Assembly (NCBI GenBank): GCA_027344105.1
Contig: DAHWJO010000001.1
Span: 10,939-74,938 of the forward strand
Source: Sulfobacillus sp.
Lineage (GTDB): Bacteria > Bacillota > Sulfobacillia > Sulfobacillales > Sulfobacillaceae
DNA: 64,000 nt
Direction: 5' to 3'
Shown here: positions 8,933 to 21,861 of the stretch, piece by piece
Layout of the letters: every line of letters starts with the position of its first letter
Position numbering within the stretch: the first letter of the stretch is position 1
Made by a program: the position numbers and the translations under genes
Notes under the pieces: generated by a model
Databases searched by the model: none
What the model was told of the DNA's origin: nothing
Seen by the model: only the letters and a program-made list of their open reading frames with translations

Positions 8933-9454
8933 GTGCCAACACCACAAAAAGCGCAAGTCATTGAAGAGACCCGCCAAGAACTGCAAGCGGCGTCTGGCGC
9001 TGTGCTAGCCAATTACCGCGGCTTGACGGTGCAGCAGCTTGGCCAGTTGCGGGAGAATCTTCGCAAAGGCGGCGTCTCTTTCAAGGTTATCAAAAACACC
9101 TTGATCAAGCGGGCCGCCGACGAAGTCGGCATTGACGGACTGGAACCCTACCTTGAGGGTCCTACGGCCGTGGCATTTTCGCACGATGATCCGGTGATGG
9201 CGGCCAAGATGATGACTCAGGCCGTACGGGAATTCCGCAAAATGGAAATTAAAGCGGGAATCTTGGGAAAACAGGCTCTATCGGCGCAGAGTGTCCGCGA
9301 ACTGGCGGACCTTCCCAGCCGCGAAGTCTTGCTAAGCAAGCTGGTAGGAACTCTGAACGCTCCCATCCAGCAGTTTGTCTGGGTGCTGAATGCACCGATG
9401 ACAAATCTGGCGCGCGCCCTCGACCAGGTGCGCCAACAAAAAGAACAGGCCTGA
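8933..9454 (+). CDS. rplJ: 50S ribosomal protein L10
   Basis: YRGLTV, KVIKNTL, GPTAVAF, LADLPSRE; start GTG 8933. Confidence 0.97.
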   Translation: MPTPQKAQVIEETRQELQAASGAVLANYRGLTVQQLGQLRENLRKGGVSFKVIKNTLIKRAADEVGIDGLEPYLEGPTAVAFSHDDPVMAAKMMTQAVREFRKMEIKAGILGKQALSAQSVRELADLPSREVLLSKLVGTLNAPIQQFVWVLNAPMTNLARALDQVRQQKEQA

Positions 9455-9486
9455 GAAACATTCAGGATATCTAAGGAGGAAAATTA

Positions 9487-9870
9487 ATGGCCAAGGTTGA
9501 AGAGATTATTGAAACCGTGAAAGAGATGAATGTGCTAGAATTATCGCAGTTAGTCAAGGCATTGGAAGAAGAGTTCGGTGTGACGGCGGCAGCTCCTGTC
9601 GCCATGGCAGCAGCTCCGGCGGCTGGCGGCGCGGCTCCAGTAGCAGAAGAGGTCGAGCAGACAGAGTTTGATGTGATCCTGACTGCCGCTGGCGACAAAA
9701 AGGTCCAGGTTATCAAAGCCGTTCGTGAATTGACTGGTCTTTCTCTGACAGAAGCGAAAGCTTTGGTCGACGGGGCTCCCAAGCCGGTGAAGGAGAAGAT
9801 TTCGAAGGCGGATGCCGATGCAGCGAAGGCTAAATTGGAAGAAGCGGGAGCAACCGCTCAAGTCAAATAG
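9487..9870 (+). CDS. rplL: 50S ribosomal protein L7/L12
   Basis: [28 protein letters not shown]. Confidence 0.98.
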   Translation: MAKVEEIIETVKEMNVLELSQLVKALEEEFGVTAAAPVAMAAAPAAGGAAPVAEEVEQTEFDVILTAAGDKKVQVIKAVRELTGLSLTEAKALVDGAPKPVKEKISKADADAAKAKLEEAGATAQVK

Positions 9871-9894
9871 TCGCGCAGTAAGTGTGCCATGTTT

Positions 9895-9942
9895 AGCCCT
9901 CCTCGGGGTCAGGAAATTTATTTCTTGACCTAGGGGTGGGCT
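9895..9942 (+). terminator. Long imperfect hairpin after rplL, overlapping the rpoB promoter
   Basis: AGCCC/GGGCT and GGTCAGGAAAT/ATTTCTTGACC stems. Confidence 0.6.
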
Positions 9943-9953
9943 TGTGATATTAT
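9925..9953 (+). promoter_or_regulatory. sigma-A promoter of rpoBC
   Basis: TTGACC-17bp-TATTAT with TGn. Confidence 0.75.
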
Positions 9954-10060
9954 TTTTAATTGCCATATTTTATAAGCCAATTCATACCAACAGTTGACAC
10001 GTGTCGGCAACGAACCGCGCAACCATTGGGACCTAAATCAGAACAAGGAGCTGACTGTGA

Positions 10061-13000
10061 ATGGCTTATCCTCTCCAAGCCGAGCACCCGCAGCGGGTGT
10101 CTTTTGCGCGCATCAACGAAGTTCTTGACATGCCCAATCTTATTGAGATTCAGCAGAATTCGTACCAGTGGTTTCTGCGCGAAGGATTGCGGGAGATGTT
10201 CCGCGACATCTCCCCTATTCAAGATTTTACTGGCAATCTGATTTTAGAGTTTGTGGATTACAATTTGAAGACCCCAAAATATTCGGTGGAAGAGTGTAAA
10301 GCCCGGGACGTGACCTTTGCAGCTCCTCTGCACGTGCGTGTGCGCCTGATTAACAAAGAGACCGGAGAGGTCAAGGAACAAGATGTTTTCATGGGGGATT
10401 TTCCGCTCATGACGGACAAAGGGACCTTTATCATCAATGGCGCCGAGCGGGTGATTGTCTCCCAATTAGTGCGCTCCCCTGGCGTTTACTTCGGCGAGCA
10501 GATTGACCCGTCGGGCAAGCGGCTGTATTTTGCGACCATGATTCCGAACCGGGGAGCCTGGCTGGAATTTGAATCCGATTCCAACGATGTTTTGTCGGTG
10601 CGGATAGACCGCACCCGGAAACTGCCCGCCACCATTCTGCTCAGGGCTCTCGGCTTTGGCACGGATGCGCAGATTATTGAGGCGGTCGGGGACGACGAGC
10701 GCATCCAGACCACTCTGTCCAAGGACGCGGCCAAGACCCAAGAGGAAGCGCTGATCGAGATCTACAAGCGCTTGCGCCCCGGTGAGCCCCCTACCGTAGA
10801 GAGTGCGCAGAGCCTGCTGCAGTCGCTGTTTTTTGATGCCAAGCGCTACGATCTGGCAAACGTGGGCCGCTACAAATTCAACAAGAAGCTCTCCCTGCGG
10901 CGCCGCATTGTGGGCACAACGGCGATGGAGACTATTGTCCACCCTGACACCGGGGAAATACTGGCCCGCGAAGGCGACCATATTGAGCGGGAGCAGGCCA
11001 TTGCGTTGGACGCGGCCAAGGTCAAGACCATTCATGTCGGGCTCGCCAATGGCGAAGAAGTCATGGTGGTGTCCAACGGGCAGCCTGACGGCACTGTGAA
11101 AACGGTCACCCGTGAAGATATTGTAGCCTGTTTCAACTATTTGACGACCCTGTTTGAGGGGATCGGGACCACGGACGATATCGACCATTTGGGCAATCGC
11201 CGCCTGCGTTCGGTAGGGGAACTGCTGCAAAACCAGTTTCGGGTCGGTCTCAGCCGCATGGAGCGGGTGGTGCGTGAGCGGATGACAATTCAGGACATTG
11301 AGTCCATCACCCCCCAGGCTCTGATCAATATCCGCCCAGTCGTGGCTGCCGTGAAGGAGTTTTTCGGGTCTTCCCAGCTCTCGCAGTTTATGGACCAGAC
11401 CAATCCTCTGGCGGAGCTCACCCACAAGAGGCGGCTTTCCGCTCTGGGGCCGGGCGGTCTCTCGCGTGAGCGGGCAGGATTTGAAGTGCGCGATGTCCAC
11501 CATTCCCATTATGGGCGCATGTGCCCCATTGAGACCCCAGAAGGTCCCAACATCGGTCTGATCGGATCCTTGTCCACATTTGCCCGCATCAATGCCTATG
11601 GCTTTATCGAGACGCCCTACCGCAAGGTTGACAAAGACCATGGCCGGGTCACGGATGAGATTGTTTACCTGACGGCCGACGAAGAAGATGACACCGTTAT
11701 TGCCCAGGCCAACGAGCCGTTAAGCGATGACGGCCATTTCGTGGCTCCACGGGTCACGGTGCGCTCGCGCCATGAGATTCTGGAAGAGACGCCGGAACGG
11801 GTCGACTACATGGATGTCTCGCCAAAGCAGGTGGTCTCGATTGCCACGGCGCTGATTCCCTTTCTGGAACATGACGATGCCAACAGGGCTTTGATGGGCG
11901 CCAACATGCAGCGGCAGGCGGTGCCTTTGCTGGTGCCCGACTCTCCGGTTGTGGGCACAGGCATGGAGGCCAAGGCGGCGCGGGACTCCGGCGTGGTCAG
12001 CATCAGTGAAAAGGACGGGGTGATCGACCGCATCCAGGCCGACCAGATTACCGTGAAAAATGATGACCACACCATGTCCACGTACAAACTGCTCAAGTTC
12101 ACGCGGTCCAACCAGGGCACGTGCATCAATCAGAAGCCCATTGTGCGCAAGGGGCAGCGTGTAGAGGCAGGGGAGATCATTGCGGATGGTCCGTCGACCG
12201 ACAAGGGCGAATTGGCCCTAGGCCGCAATGTGGTGGTGGCCTTCATGCCATGGGAAGGCTACAACTACGAAGATGCGATTCTTCTCAGTGAAAAACTGGT
12301 CAAGAATGACGTATTTACGTCGATTCACATTGAAGAATATGAATGTGATGCCCGTGATACGAAACTCGGACCAGAAGAAATCACGCGCGACATTCCCAAC
12401 GTCGGAGAAGAAGTGCTCAAAGACCTTGACGATCGCGGCATTATCCGCATCGGCGCCGAGGTCCGGCCAGGCGATGTGCTCGTGGGCAAGGTCACCCCGA
12501 AAGGGGAGACAGAGCTCACCGCAGAGGAGCGCCTTCTGCGCGCTATTTTCGGCGAGAAGGCCCGTGAAGTCCGTGACACCTCGTTGCGTGTACCCCACGG
12601 CGAGTCAGGGATCATCGTGGATGTGAAGGTGTTTACCCGTGACCAGGGAGACGAACTGTCGCCTGGCGTGAATCAGCTGGTCCAGGTGTACATCGCGCAG
12701 AAACGGAAGATTTCGGAAGGCGACAAAATGGCTGGGCGGCATGGGAACAAAGGGGTCATTTCCCGCATTCTCCCTGAAGAGGATATGCCGTTCCTTCCAG
12801 ACGGAACTCCCGTGGAAATTGTGCTGAATCCACTGGGCGTGCCAAGCCGGATGAATATCGGACAGGTTCTAGAGACCCACTTGGGCTGGGCGGCGCGGGC
12901 GCTGGGGATGAAGGTGGCGACCCCGGTCTTTGACGGGGCCCGTGAAGAAGACCTCACCCGCATGTTTCAGGACGCGCACCTGCCGGCCTCCGGGAAGACT

Positions 13001-13705
13001 CCCCTGTACGATGGGCGGACCGGGGAAGCCTTTGACAACGAGGTGACGGTGGGAGTGGTTTACATGCTCAAACTGGCCCACCTGGTGGACGACAAGATTC
13101 ATGCCCGGTCCACGGGACCCTACTCGCTGGTGACGCAGCAGCCATTGGGGGGCAAAGCCCAGTTCGGCGGGCAGCGTTTTGGAGAAATGGAAGTGTGGGC
13201 GCTGGAGGCCTATGGGGCTGCTTACACCCTGCAGGAATTGCTGACAGTCAAATCCGACGACGTGGTTGGGCGGGTGAAGACCTACGAGGCTATTGTCAAA
13301 GGGGAGAACGTCCCCGAGCCTGGGGTGCCGGAGTCCTTCAAGGTCCTCATTAAAGAACTGCAGAGTCTTGGTCTGGATGTCAAAATCCTCAACGAGAATG
13401 ACGAGGAAATCGAGATGCGGGAATTGGACGATGAACCGGCTAATGACCAGCGGACATTTGATCTCCTGCCGGAGGCCATTGAGGAGACGGAGGGCCAGGA
13501 CTTGCACCGTCTCATGGAAGACACAGAGGGTGGCAGGCCCGAAGAGTTTGCTCCGGGACGCGGCATGAACTTCGACGAGCAGGCAGAAAACGCCTATGCG
13601 ATTCTCCGCAAGGGGTCCGAGGACTCTGAGTTCGATGAACCGCCCGATGAAGGCAGCAGCGAAGACCCGGACGGAGATGGCAGCGGAGACGGCGAGGATT
13701 ACTAG
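10061..13705 (+). CDS. rpoB: RNA polymerase beta subunit
   Basis: 1214 aa; [33 protein letters not shown]. Confidence 0.99.
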   Translation: MAYPLQAEHPQRVSFARINEVLDMPNLIEIQQNSYQWFLREGLREMFRDISPIQDFTGNLILEFVDYNLKTPKYSVEECKARDVTFAAPLHVRVRLINKETGEVKEQDVFMGDFPLMTDKGTFIINGAERVIVSQLVRSPGVYFGEQIDPSGKRLYFATMIPNRGAWLEFESDSNDVLSVRIDRTRKLPATILLRALGFGTDAQIIEAVGDDERIQTTLSKDAAKTQEEALIEIYKRLRPGEPPTVESAQSLLQSLFFDAKRYDLANVGRYKFNKKLSLRRRIVGTTAMETIVHPDTGEILAREGDHIEREQAIALDAAKVKTIHVGLANGEEVMVVSNGQPDGTVKTVTREDIVACFNYLTTLFEGIGTTDDIDHLGNRRLRSVGELLQNQFRVGLSRMERVVRERMTIQDIESITPQALINIRPVVAAVKEFFGSSQLSQFMDQTNPLAELTHKRRLSALGPGGLSRERAGFEVRDVHHSHYGRMCPIETPEGPNIGLIGSLSTFARINAYGFIETPYRKVDKDHGRVTDEIVYLTADEEDDTVIAQANEPLSDDGHFVAPRVTVRSRHEILEETPERVDYMDVSPKQVVSIATALIPFLEHDDANRALMGANMQRQAVPLLVPDSPVVGTGMEAKAARDSGVVSISEKDGVIDRIQADQITVKNDDHTMSTYKLLKFTRSNQGTCINQKPIVRKGQRVEAGEIIADGPSTDKGELALGRNVVVAFMPWEGYNYEDAILLSEKLVKNDVFTSIHIEEYECDARDTKLGPEEITRDIPNVGEEVLKDLDDRGIIRIGAEVRPGDVLVGKVTPKGETELTAEERLLRAIFGEKAREVRDTSLRVPHGESGIIVDVKVFTRDQGDELSPGVNQLVQVYIAQKRKISEGDKMAGRHGNKGVISRILPEEDMPFLPDGTPVEIVLNPLGVPSRMNIGQVLETHLGWAARALGMKVATPVFDGAREEDLTRMFQDAHLPASGKTPLYDGRTGEAFDNEVTVGVVYMLKLAHLVDDKIHARSTGPYSLVTQQPLGGKAQFGGQRFGEMEVWALEAYGAAYTLQELLTVKSDDVVGRVKTYEAIVKGENVPEPGVPESFKVLIKELQSLGLDVKILNENDEEIEMRELDDEPANDQRTFDLLPEAIEETEGQDLHRLMEDTEGGRPEEFAPGRGMNFDEQAENAYAILRKGSEDSEFDEPPDEGSSEDPDGDGSGDGEDY

Positions 13706-13725
13706 ACCGGGAGGGATCCAACTCG

Positions 13726-16700
13726 ATGTTAGATGTAAACCACTTTGACTCGATGCGCATTGCTCTGGCATCTCCTGAACAGATACGGGAATGGTCAAAA
13801 GGTGAAGTGAAAAAGCCGGAAACGATCAATTACCGGACACTGAAGCCTGAGCGTGAAGGACTGTTCTGCGAGAAGATTTTTGGACCGACCAAGGACTGGG
13901 AGTGCCATTGCGGAAAGTATAAGCGCGTTCGCTATAAAGGGGTGGTTTGCGACCGTTGCGGTGTGGAGGTCACGCGGTCTAAGGTGCGCCGGGAGCGCAT
14001 GGGCCACATAGAACTGGCCGCTCCCGTGTCCCACATCTGGTACTTCAAAGGCATCCCGTCGCGCATGGGCCTGATTCTGGACATGTCGCCCCGGGCCTTG
14101 GAGAAAGTGCTGTACTTTGCCGCTTATGTGGTCATTGAGCCGGGAACGACCCCGCTGATGAAAAAGCAGCTCCTGGTCGAGTCGGAATACCGGGAGTACC
14201 GGGAGAAGTATGGTTCCCATTTCCGCGCCGGCATGGGAGCGGAAGCGGTCAAAGAGCTGTTGGCGGAACTTGACCTGGAGGGTCTCTCGCAGGAACTGCG
14301 CGGGGAGCTCAACAGTTCGTCGGGCCAGCGCCGTATCCGCGCCATCCGCCGTCTGGAAGTGGTGGAGGCATTCCGGCAGTCGGGCAACCGTCCCGACTGG
14401 ATGATTCTTGATGTCATTCCGGTCATTCCCCCGGACCTGCGGCCCATGGTGCAACTTGACGGAGGGCGGTTTGCCACCTCCGATCTGAACGACCTGTACC
14501 GCCGGGTTATCAACCGCAACAACCGTCTCAAAAGGCTCTTGGACCTTGGCGCGCCGGACATTATTGTCCGAAACGAAAAGCGGATGCTGCAAGAGGCTGT
14601 TGATGCTCTGATTGACAACGGCCGCCGCGGCCGTCCGGTGACCGGTCCAGGCAACCGTCCCCTCAAGTCGCTGTCCGACATGCTGAAGGGCAAGCAGGGC
14701 CGGTTCCGCCAGAACCTTTTAGGGAAGCGGGTCGATTACTCGGGCCGTTCGGTGATTGTGGTGGGGCCGAAGCTGAAAATGCATCAGTGCGGTCTGCCTA
14801 AAGAGATGGCGCTTGAACTGTTCAAGCCGTTTGTGATGAAGAAGCTGGTGAACGAGGGCTATGCCCACAATATCAAATCCGCCAAGCGCATGGTGGAACG
14901 AGTCCGGCCCGAGGTCTGGGATGTGCTGGAAGACGTCATTAAAGAGCACCCCGTGCTCTTGAACCGGGCGCCAACTTTGCACCGCCTGGGAATTCAGGCC
15001 TTTGAGCCTGTGCTGGTGGAAGGCCGGGCGATTCAAATTCACCCGCTGGTCTGCACAGCCTACAACGCTGACTTTGATGGCGACCAAATGGCCGTGCATG
15101 TGCCGCTGTCGGCGGAGGCGCAGTCGGAAGCCCGCGTGCTGATGCTGTCGACGCAGAACATCCTCAACCCGAAAGACGGGCAGCCTGTGGTCACGCCGAC
15201 CCAGGACATGGTGCTGGGCTCCTACTACCTGACGATGGATAAAGAAAACGTCAAAGGCGAGGGCATGATCCTCGCTGACCTGGCCGAGGGCGAGATGGCC
15301 TATTCGCAGGGAGTACTGGATTTGCATGCCCGCATTACCATGCGCTATGACGGAGTCAAGCAGGTATCGACCCTGGGCCGCTTCCTCTTTAACGACGCGC
15401 TTCCGCAGGGACTGCGCTTCATTGACCACACGGTGGGCCGGAAGGCACTGGCCACTATTGTGGCCAATCTGTTCCGCACCTACGGCAACGATATCACTGC
15501 GGAGACGCTGGACCGGATCAAAGCCTTGGGCTTCAATTTCGCCACCAAGGCCGGAGTGACGATTGCGGTGTCGGATATCGTCATTCCCGGCGCCAAAAAG
15601 CAGATCCTCGCGGACGCGGAGGAAGAGGTGCTGCAGGTTACCCGTCAGTACCGCCGAGGCCTGATCACGGGGGACGAGAGGTATGAACGCGTCATCGGCA
15701 TCTGGACCCGGGCTAAGGAACGGGTGACTCAGGCGCTCATGGATACGCTGGACAAGAACAACTCGGTCTACATGATGGCGACGTCAGGGGCCCGTGGTAA
15801 CGTGCAGCAAATCTCACAGCTGGCGGGAATGCGCGGGCTGATGGCCGACCCGTCAGGACGCATTATCGAACTGCCAATCCGGGCAAACTTCCGGGAAGGG
15901 CTGACCGTGCTCGAATATTTCACGTCGACTCACGGCGCCCGCAAGGGACTCGCCGACACCGCGCTCCGGACCGCAGACTCGGGCTATCTGACGCGCCGCC
16001 TGGTGGACGTGGCCCAAGATGTGATTGTGCGGGAAATGGACTGCGGCACGACTCAGGGCACCCTGGTCTCGGAGATCAAAGACGGCGGGCAAACTATCGA
16101 GGGGCTCTATGACCGCTTGGTCGGGCGTGTGGTTCCCGAAGATGTGCGCCATCCGGAAACGGGCGCGCTGATTATCCAGGCCAACGAGATTATTATGGAG
16201 GATATTGCCCAGGAGATTGTGGATGCCGGGATTAAGGAACTGAGAGTCCGGTCTGTGCAGACGTGCCAGTCCAGGTTTGGCGTGTGTGTGGCCTGTTACG
16301 GCCGCAACCTGGCGCGCGGGGGCATCGTGGAGGTTGGTGAGGCCGTTGGCATCATCGCCGCCCAGAGCATCGGCGAACCGGGAACGCAGCTCACTATGCG
16401 CACCTTTCACATGGGCGGCGTGGCCGGGGACGACATCACCCAAGGTCTGCCCCGTGTTGAGGAGCTGTTTGAGGCGCGCAAGCCCAAAGGCCAGGCCATT
16501 ATTGCGGAGGCGTCCGGAACCGTGAAGATCGGTGAAAACAAGGGACGCCGTGAAATCACCGTCATTCACGATGAGCAGAGCGAGGCCCAGGCCTATATGG
16601 TCCCATTCGGCTCCCGCATCAAGGTGCATGACGGGGACCACATCGCAGAGGGTGGGGAGCTGACCGAAGGCTCGGTCAACCCGCACGACCTCTTGCGGGT

Positions 16701-17199
16701 GCTCGGGCTCCGCGGGGTTCAGAACTACCTGCTTCAAGAAGTTCAGCGCGTCTACCGGCTGCAGGGTGTCGATATTAATGACAAGCACATTGAGGTCATG
16801 GTCCGCCAGATGATGCGGAAAGTGAAAATCGAGGAAGCCGGAGATACCGGGCTCCTTCCCGGCGCTTTGGTAGACCGGTTCGACTTTGAGGACCAGAACG
16901 CGGATGTGCTCATGCGCGGGGGCACCCCGGCAGTGGCTAAGCCCGTGGTTCTGGGAATCACCAAAGCCTCTCTGGCGACCGATTCGTTCCTGTCAGCGGC
17001 GTCTTTCCAAGAAACCACCCGGGTTCTGACCGAGGCCTCGATCAAGGCCAAGAGGGACCCGCTGCTTGGCCTCAAGGAAAACGTGATCATCGGCAAGCTG
17101 ATTCCAGCAGGCACAGGCATGTCGCGATATCGCAACGTGGTGATCGAAGGGGCGGACGACCCCGCGACGGCACCGTTCGAGAACGAACTGATCAAGTAG
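13726..17199 (+). CDS. rpoC: RNA polymerase beta' subunit
   Basis: 1157 aa; NADFDGD active site, Zn-binding Cys motifs. Confidence 0.99.
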   Translation: MLDVNHFDSMRIALASPEQIREWSKGEVKKPETINYRTLKPEREGLFCEKIFGPTKDWECHCGKYKRVRYKGVVCDRCGVEVTRSKVRRERMGHIELAAPVSHIWYFKGIPSRMGLILDMSPRALEKVLYFAAYVVIEPGTTPLMKKQLLVESEYREYREKYGSHFRAGMGAEAVKELLAELDLEGLSQELRGELNSSSGQRRIRAIRRLEVVEAFRQSGNRPDWMILDVIPVIPPDLRPMVQLDGGRFATSDLNDLYRRVINRNNRLKRLLDLGAPDIIVRNEKRMLQEAVDALIDNGRRGRPVTGPGNRPLKSLSDMLKGKQGRFRQNLLGKRVDYSGRSVIVVGPKLKMHQCGLPKEMALELFKPFVMKKLVNEGYAHNIKSAKRMVERVRPEVWDVLEDVIKEHPVLLNRAPTLHRLGIQAFEPVLVEGRAIQIHPLVCTAYNADFDGDQMAVHVPLSAEAQSEARVLMLSTQNILNPKDGQPVVTPTQDMVLGSYYLTMDKENVKGEGMILADLAEGEMAYSQGVLDLHARITMRYDGVKQVSTLGRFLFNDALPQGLRFIDHTVGRKALATIVANLFRTYGNDITAETLDRIKALGFNFATKAGVTIAVSDIVIPGAKKQILADAEEEVLQVTRQYRRGLITGDERYERVIGIWTRAKERVTQALMDTLDKNNSVYMMATSGARGNVQQISQLAGMRGLMADPSGRIIELPIRANFREGLTVLEYFTSTHGARKGLADTALRTADSGYLTRRLVDVAQDVIVREMDCGTTQGTLVSEIKDGGQTIEGLYDRLVGRVVPEDVRHPETGALIIQANEIIMEDIAQEIVDAGIKELRVRSVQTCQSRFGVCVACYGRNLARGGIVEVGEAVGIIAAQSIGEPGTQLTMRTFHMGGVAGDDITQGLPRVEELFEARKPKGQAIIAEASGTVKIGENKGRREITVIHDEQSEAQAYMVPFGSRIKVHDGDHIAEGGELTEGSVNPHDLLRVLGLRGVQNYLLQEVQRVYRLQGVDINDKHIEVMVRQMMRKVKIEEAGDTGLLPGALVDRFDFEDQNADVLMRGGTPAVAKPVVLGITKASLATDSFLSAASFQETTRVLTEASIKAKRDPLLGLKENVIIGKLIPAGTGMSRYRNVVIEGADDPATAPFENELIK

Positions 17200-17209
17200 A
17201 AAGCCGCCA

Positions 17210-17241
17210 AAAGGGGGCGTGTCAATTGACACGCCCCCTTT
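17210..17241. terminator. Perfect 32-bp palindrome after rpoC
   Basis: AAAGGGGGCGTGTCAA/TTGACACGCCCCCTTT. Confidence 0.7.
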
Positions 17242-17254
17242 CCGGTGATAAAAT
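17226..17254 (+). promoter_or_regulatory. sigma-A promoter of the str operon
   Basis: TTGACA-17bp-TAAAAT with TGn. Confidence 0.85.
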
Positions 17255-17297
17255 ACCCTAGTGTGTCTAAGCCTGTAACCGCCGGGAGGCCAGACCA

Positions 17298-17555
17298 ATG
17301 GATATCGACGCGCTGCGAGACAATCGGCGCCGGGTTGTCGGTATGCGGGAGACTTTGAAGAAAATTGCCCATGGGACGGCGCTGCATGTGTACATCGCAA
17401 AAGACGCCGAAGCCCGTGTCATTGAGGACATTGCGACTCAAAGCCAAAACCGCAGCATTCCGATTGACTACGTGGATACTATGGATGAGCTTGGCCGATT
17501 GTGCGGAATCGAAGTAGGTGCTGCTTGCGCAGCACTAGTGCCGGAACGAGCATGA
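17298..17555 (+). CDS. L7Ae/L30e-family RNA-binding protein (YbxF-like)
   Basis: VVG.RET.K, IAKDAE, LGRLCGIEVGAA; position before rpsL. Confidence 0.9.
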   Translation: MDIDALRDNRRRVVGMRETLKKIAHGTALHVYIAKDAEARVIEDIATQSQNRSIPIDYVDTMDELGRLCGIEVGAACAALVPERA

Positions 17556-17585
17556 ATGCCAGACCGGTGAAAGGGGGTCAAGGTA

Positions 17586-17972
17586 GTGCCGACAATTAAT
17601 CAGTTGATCCGCCATGGACGTAAGAAGACGACAAAGAAATCCACGGCCCCTGCGTTGCGCGGAAATCCGCAGAAACGCGGCGTCTGCATCAGCGTAAAGA
17701 CCGTGACACCCAAAAAACCCAATTCTGCACTGCGCAAAGTGGCGCGTGTCCGTCTTACCAACGGGGAAGAAATCACTGCGTATATTCCAGGAATTGGCCA
17801 TAATCTTCAAGAGCATTCCGTTGTGCTGGTGCGGGGAGGCCGTGTGCGAGACTTGCCAGGCGTCCGTTACCACATCGTCCGTGGCACGCTCGATGCGGGT
17901 GGCGTGCAGAAGCGCGCTCAGGGCCGGTCCAAATACGGTGCCAAAAAGAATCAGCCGGCAGGTAAGAAGTAG
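17586..17972 (+). CDS. rpsL: 30S ribosomal protein S12
   Basis: [19 protein letters not shown]. Confidence 0.99.
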   Translation: MPTINQLIRHGRKKTTKKSTAPALRGNPQKRGVCISVKTVTPKKPNSALRKVARVRLTNGEEITAYIPGIGHNLQEHSVVLVRGGRVRDLPGVRYHIVRGTLDAGGVQKRAQGRSKYGAKKNQPAGKK

Positions 17973-18003
17973 ACAAGAGTGGCAGTAAGAGGGAGGTAAC
18001 GCA

Positions 18004-18474
18004 TTGCCTAGGCGTGGAGCAGCGGGAGTTCGCCAGATTACTCCCGACGCGGTCTATAATAGCCCGCTCGTCGCGGCCCTGACCAATAAGGTCATGCTCG
18101 ACGGAAAAAAGAACCTTGCAGAACACATTGTGTACCGCGCGTTTGATATTGTGGCCGAAAAGAGCGGAAAAGATGCGATGGAAGTTTTTGACGCGGCGGT
18201 GAAGAACACCACACCCCTGCTGGAAGTAAGACCCCGGCGTGTGGGTGGGGCGACGTACCAGGTGCCGATCGAAGTGCGTCCGCAACGCCGTCAGTCGCTG
18301 GCCATCCGCTGGCTCGTGCAATATGCCCGCAATCGCCAAGAGCGCACTATGGATGAGCGCCTCGCCAATGAAATTCTGGACGCCTCGCAAAGTGCGGGGG
18401 GAGCCGTGAAAAAGCGAGACGAAATGCACCGCATGGCGGACGCCAACAAGGCTTTCGCCCATTATCGTTGGTAA
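18004..18474 (+). CDS. rpsG: 30S ribosomal protein S7
   Basis: [21 protein letters not shown]. Confidence 0.99.
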   Translation: MPRRGAAGVRQITPDAVYNSPLVAALTNKVMLDGKKNLAEHIVYRAFDIVAEKSGKDAMEVFDAAVKNTTPLLEVRPRRVGGATYQVPIEVRPQRRQSLAIRWLVQYARNRQERTMDERLANEILDASQSAGGAVKKRDEMHRMADANKAFAHYRW

Positions 18475-18525
18475 CCCATTTCTGTGGGTAGGACAGCACG
18501 AAGGTAAGAAGGGAGTTTCCCAGTT

Positions 18526-20601
18526 ATGGCTCGAGCGTTTCCCTTGGAACGAACCCGGAATATCGGGATTATGGCCCACATTGACGCCGGCAAGACCACA
18601 ACCACCGAGCGTATTCTGTTTTACACGGGCCGCACCCATAAGATCGGGGAAGTTCACGAAGGCACGGCAACAATGGACTGGATGGTCCAGGAGCAAGAGC
18701 GGGGCATCACCATCACGTCTGCTGCCACAACGGCCGCATGGCGCGAGCACCGTATCAATATTATCGACACGCCCGGCCACGTGGACTTCACAGTTGAAGT
18801 GGAGCGGTCCTTACGCGTTCTAGATGGCGCTATCGCCGTTTTTGACGCCAAAGGCGGGGTGGAGCCACAGTCGGAGACCGTGTGGCGCCAGGCAGACAAA
18901 TACCGGGTGCCCCGCATCGCCTACGTCAACAAGATGGACATCATCGGCGCGGACTTCCAAAACACCATCAACCAGATTCGGGGCCGTCTCGGAGCCAATC
19001 CCGTGGCGGTGCAGTGGCCGTGGGGCGCGGAAGACCATTTTCGCGGGATTGTTGACCTCCTCAAGATGCAGGCTTATCTGTACGAAGATGAATTGGGCAC
19101 CACCGGCGAATACATGGCGATTCCTGAGGAGCTCGAAGCCGACTGCATCGCGCATCGCCAGATCCTCCTGGAGGCGGCGGCGGACATGGATGACGCTCTC
19201 ATGGAAAAGTACCTGGATGGCGAGGAGCTGTCCGAGGACGAAATCCGTGCGGCGCTGCGCAAGGGCACACTGGCCAACCAGCTGGTTCCCGTGCTCTGCG
19301 GCTCGTCCTACCGCAACAAGGGGGTTCAGCCTCTTCTTGATGCGGTGGTGGATTACCTGCCCTCGCCCCTCGATGTTGGCGCTGTGAAGGGCCACGACCC
19401 GGTCACCGGCGAGGAACTCACCCGTGATGTGTCAGATTCGGCAGCGTTTTCGGCGCTGGCGTTCAAAATTATGACGGATCCCTTTGTGGGCAAGTTGGCT
19501 TTCTTCCGGGTATACTCCGGGACCCTCTCGGCTGGATCCTACGTGTACAACGTAACCAAGGGCCGGCGCGAGCGCATCGGGCGAATTCTGCAGATGCACG
19601 CCAACCACCGTGAAGAGCTGGAGACTGTGTATGCCGGCGATATCGCCGCAGCGGTCGGCCTGAAAGACACCACCACCGGCGACACGCTGGCTGATGAGCA
19701 GAACCCAATTTTGCTGGAAACCATGGTCTTTCCGGAACCTGTGATTTCGGTGGCCATTGAGCCGAAGACCAAGGCGGACCAGGATAAAATGGGGACCGCG
19801 CTATCCAAATTGGCCGAGGAAGACCCGACGTTCCGGATGTTCACCGACCAGGAGACTGGCCAGACGATTATCGCCGGCATGGGAGAGCTTCATCTAGAAA
19901 TCATTGTGGACCGCCTCCTGCGAGAATTTAAGGTGCAGGCGGATGTCGGCAAACCGCAGGTTGCATACCGTGAAACCCTGCGCAAAACGGTCGAGGCGGA
20001 AGGGAAATTCATCCGGCAAAGCGGAGGCCGCGGTCAATACGGCCACGTGTGGGTTCGGGTTGAACCCCTAGAACCAGGCCAAGGCATTGAATTCGTCAAC
20101 AAGATCGTCGGTGGCGTCGTGCCCCGCGAGTACATTCCGGCCGTTGAAGCTGGGGTGCGGGAAGCGACGGGCTCGGGCGTGCTTGCAGGATACCCCGTTC
20201 TTGATGTTCGTGTTACACTATTTGACGGCTCTTACCACGAAGTGGACTCGAGTGAAATGGCATTTAAAATCGCGGGCTCTATGGGATTCAAAGCCGCGGC
20301 GCAAAAGGCCAATCCTGTCCTGCTCGAACCCATTATGGCGGTCGAGGTCGTTGTGCCGGATGAGTACATGGGCGACGTGATTGGAGACTTGAACTCGCGG
20401 CGCGGACGCATCGAAGGAATGGACCCGAGACCAGGCGGTGCCCAGGCTATCCGCGGGTTTGTGCCCTTAGCGGAAATGTTTGGCTACGCCACGGACGTGC
20501 GCTCGCGCACGCAGGGCCGCGGAACCTTCACGATGCAGTTTGCCCACTATGATGAGGCGCCCCGCCACGTCACTGAGCAGGTTATTAAAGCCAAGCATTA
20601 A
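18526..20601 (+). CDS. fusA: Elongation factor G
   Basis: [23 protein letters not shown]. Confidence 0.99.
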   Translation: MARAFPLERTRNIGIMAHIDAGKTTTTERILFYTGRTHKIGEVHEGTATMDWMVQEQERGITITSAATTAAWREHRINIIDTPGHVDFTVEVERSLRVLDGAIAVFDAKGGVEPQSETVWRQADKYRVPRIAYVNKMDIIGADFQNTINQIRGRLGANPVAVQWPWGAEDHFRGIVDLLKMQAYLYEDELGTTGEYMAIPEELEADCIAHRQILLEAAADMDDALMEKYLDGEELSEDEIRAALRKGTLANQLVPVLCGSSYRNKGVQPLLDAVVDYLPSPLDVGAVKGHDPVTGEELTRDVSDSAAFSALAFKIMTDPFVGKLAFFRVYSGTLSAGSYVYNVTKGRRERIGRILQMHANHREELETVYAGDIAAAVGLKDTTTGDTLADEQNPILLETMVFPEPVISVAIEPKTKADQDKMGTALSKLAEEDPTFRMFTDQETGQTIIAGMGELHLEIIVDRLLREFKVQADVGKPQVAYRETLRKTVEAEGKFIRQSGGRGQYGHVWVRVEPLEPGQGIEFVNKIVGGVVPREYIPAVEAGVREATGSGVLAGYPVLDVRVTLFDGSYHEVDSSEMAFKIAGSMGFKAAAQKANPVLLEPIMAVEVVVPDEYMGDVIGDLNSRRGRIEGMDPRPGGAQAIRGFVPLAEMFGYATDVRSRTQGRGTFTMQFAHYDEAPRHVTEQVIKAKH

Positions 20602-20642
20602 GGTTCAGGCGGCACCACACTGTCAATGAGGAGGATTTACCA

Positions 20643-21845
20643 ATGGCGAAGAAGAAATACGAGCGCACCAAACCCCACGTAAATGTCGGAACGATTGGCC
20701 ATGTCGACCACGGCAAGACGACTTTGACGGCAGCAATTACCCGTGTCCTGTCCACCAAGGGTCAGGCCCAGTACACTGCGTACGACCAAATCGACGGCGC
20801 TCCTGAAGAGCGTGAGCGCGGCATTACCATTGCCACTGCGCACGTTGAGTATGAAACCGACAAGCGGCACTATGCGCACGTCGACTGCCCAGGCCACGCA
20901 GACTACGTCAAAAACATGATTACCGGCGCGGCGCAGATGGACGGAGCGATTCTGGTGGTATCCGCTGCGGACGGTCCGATGCCTCAGACCCGGGAGCATA
21001 TCCTGCTCGCGCGTCAGGTCGGTGTGCCCAGCATCGTGGTGTTCCTTAACAAGTCCGACATGGTGGATGACCCCGAGCTCATGGAATTGGTTGAAATCGA
21101 AGTGCGGGAACTGCTGACCAGCTATGAATTCCCCGGCGACGATATTCCAGTGGTGGCGGGTTCTGCCTTGAGGGCGTTGGAATGCGGCTGCGGCAAGCGC
21201 GACTGCGAATGGTGTGGCAAGATTTGGGACCTGATGGATGCGGTCGATGACTACATTCCTACCCCTGAGCGCGACATCAACCGTCCATTCCTGATGCCGG
21301 TGGAGGACACGATGTCCATTACCGGACGGGGCACAGTTGTTACGGGCCGTGTCGAGCGCGGTACGGTGAAGGTCGGAGAAGAAGTTGAGATTGTCGGTCT
21401 CGTGGCTACGGCCAAGAAAACCGTGGTAACCGGCGTCGAGATGTTCCGCAAAACCCTAGACCAGGCGGTGGCCGGAGACAACATCGGATGTTTGCTGCGC
21501 GGTGTAGACAAAGAGGAAGTCGAGCGCGGCCAGGTGCTTGCAAAGCCCGGCAGCATTCACCCGCACACCAAGTACAAAGCTGAGGTGTATGTGCTCTCGA
21601 AAGAAGAAGGGGGCCGTCACACGCCTTTCTTCAACGGGTACCGCCCTCAGTTCTACTTCCGGACGACGGACGTCACAGGCGTGGTCCAACTGCCTGAAGG
21701 CGTGGAAATGGTGATGCCCGGTGACAACATTCAGATGGAAGTGGAACTCATCGCGCCAATCGCCATGGAAGACGGCTTGCGCTTCGCTATTCGCGAAGGC
21801 GGCCGGACAGTGGGCGCTGGTGTTGTAACCCAGATTTTATTATAA
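20643..21845 (+). CDS. tuf: Elongation factor Tu
   Basis: [32 protein letters not shown]. Confidence 0.99.
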   Translation: MAKKKYERTKPHVNVGTIGHVDHGKTTLTAAITRVLSTKGQAQYTAYDQIDGAPEERERGITIATAHVEYETDKRHYAHVDCPGHADYVKNMITGAAQMDGAILVVSAADGPMPQTREHILLARQVGVPSIVVFLNKSDMVDDPELMELVEIEVRELLTSYEFPGDDIPVVAGSALRALECGCGKRDCEWCGKIWDLMDAVDDYIPTPERDINRPFLMPVEDTMSITGRGTVVTGRVERGTVKVGEEVEIVGLVATAKKTVVTGVEMFRKTLDQAVAGDNIGCLLRGVDKEEVERGQVLAKPGSIHPHTKYKAEVYVLSKEEGGRHTPFFNGYRPQFYFRTTDVTGVVQLPEGVEMVMPGDNIQMEVELIAPIAMEDGLRFAIREGGRTVGAGVVTQILL

Positions 21846-21861
21846 GCAAGGGGGACGGACA

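Noticed and set aside
11360-11570. RpoB rifampicin-resistance-determining region
   Set aside because: Wild-type residues ([13 protein letters not shown] positions); nothing unusual.
17195-17225. Antisense promoter into rpoC from the mirrored TTGACA of the palindrome
   Set aside because: No usable -10 at 16-18 bp on the minus strand.
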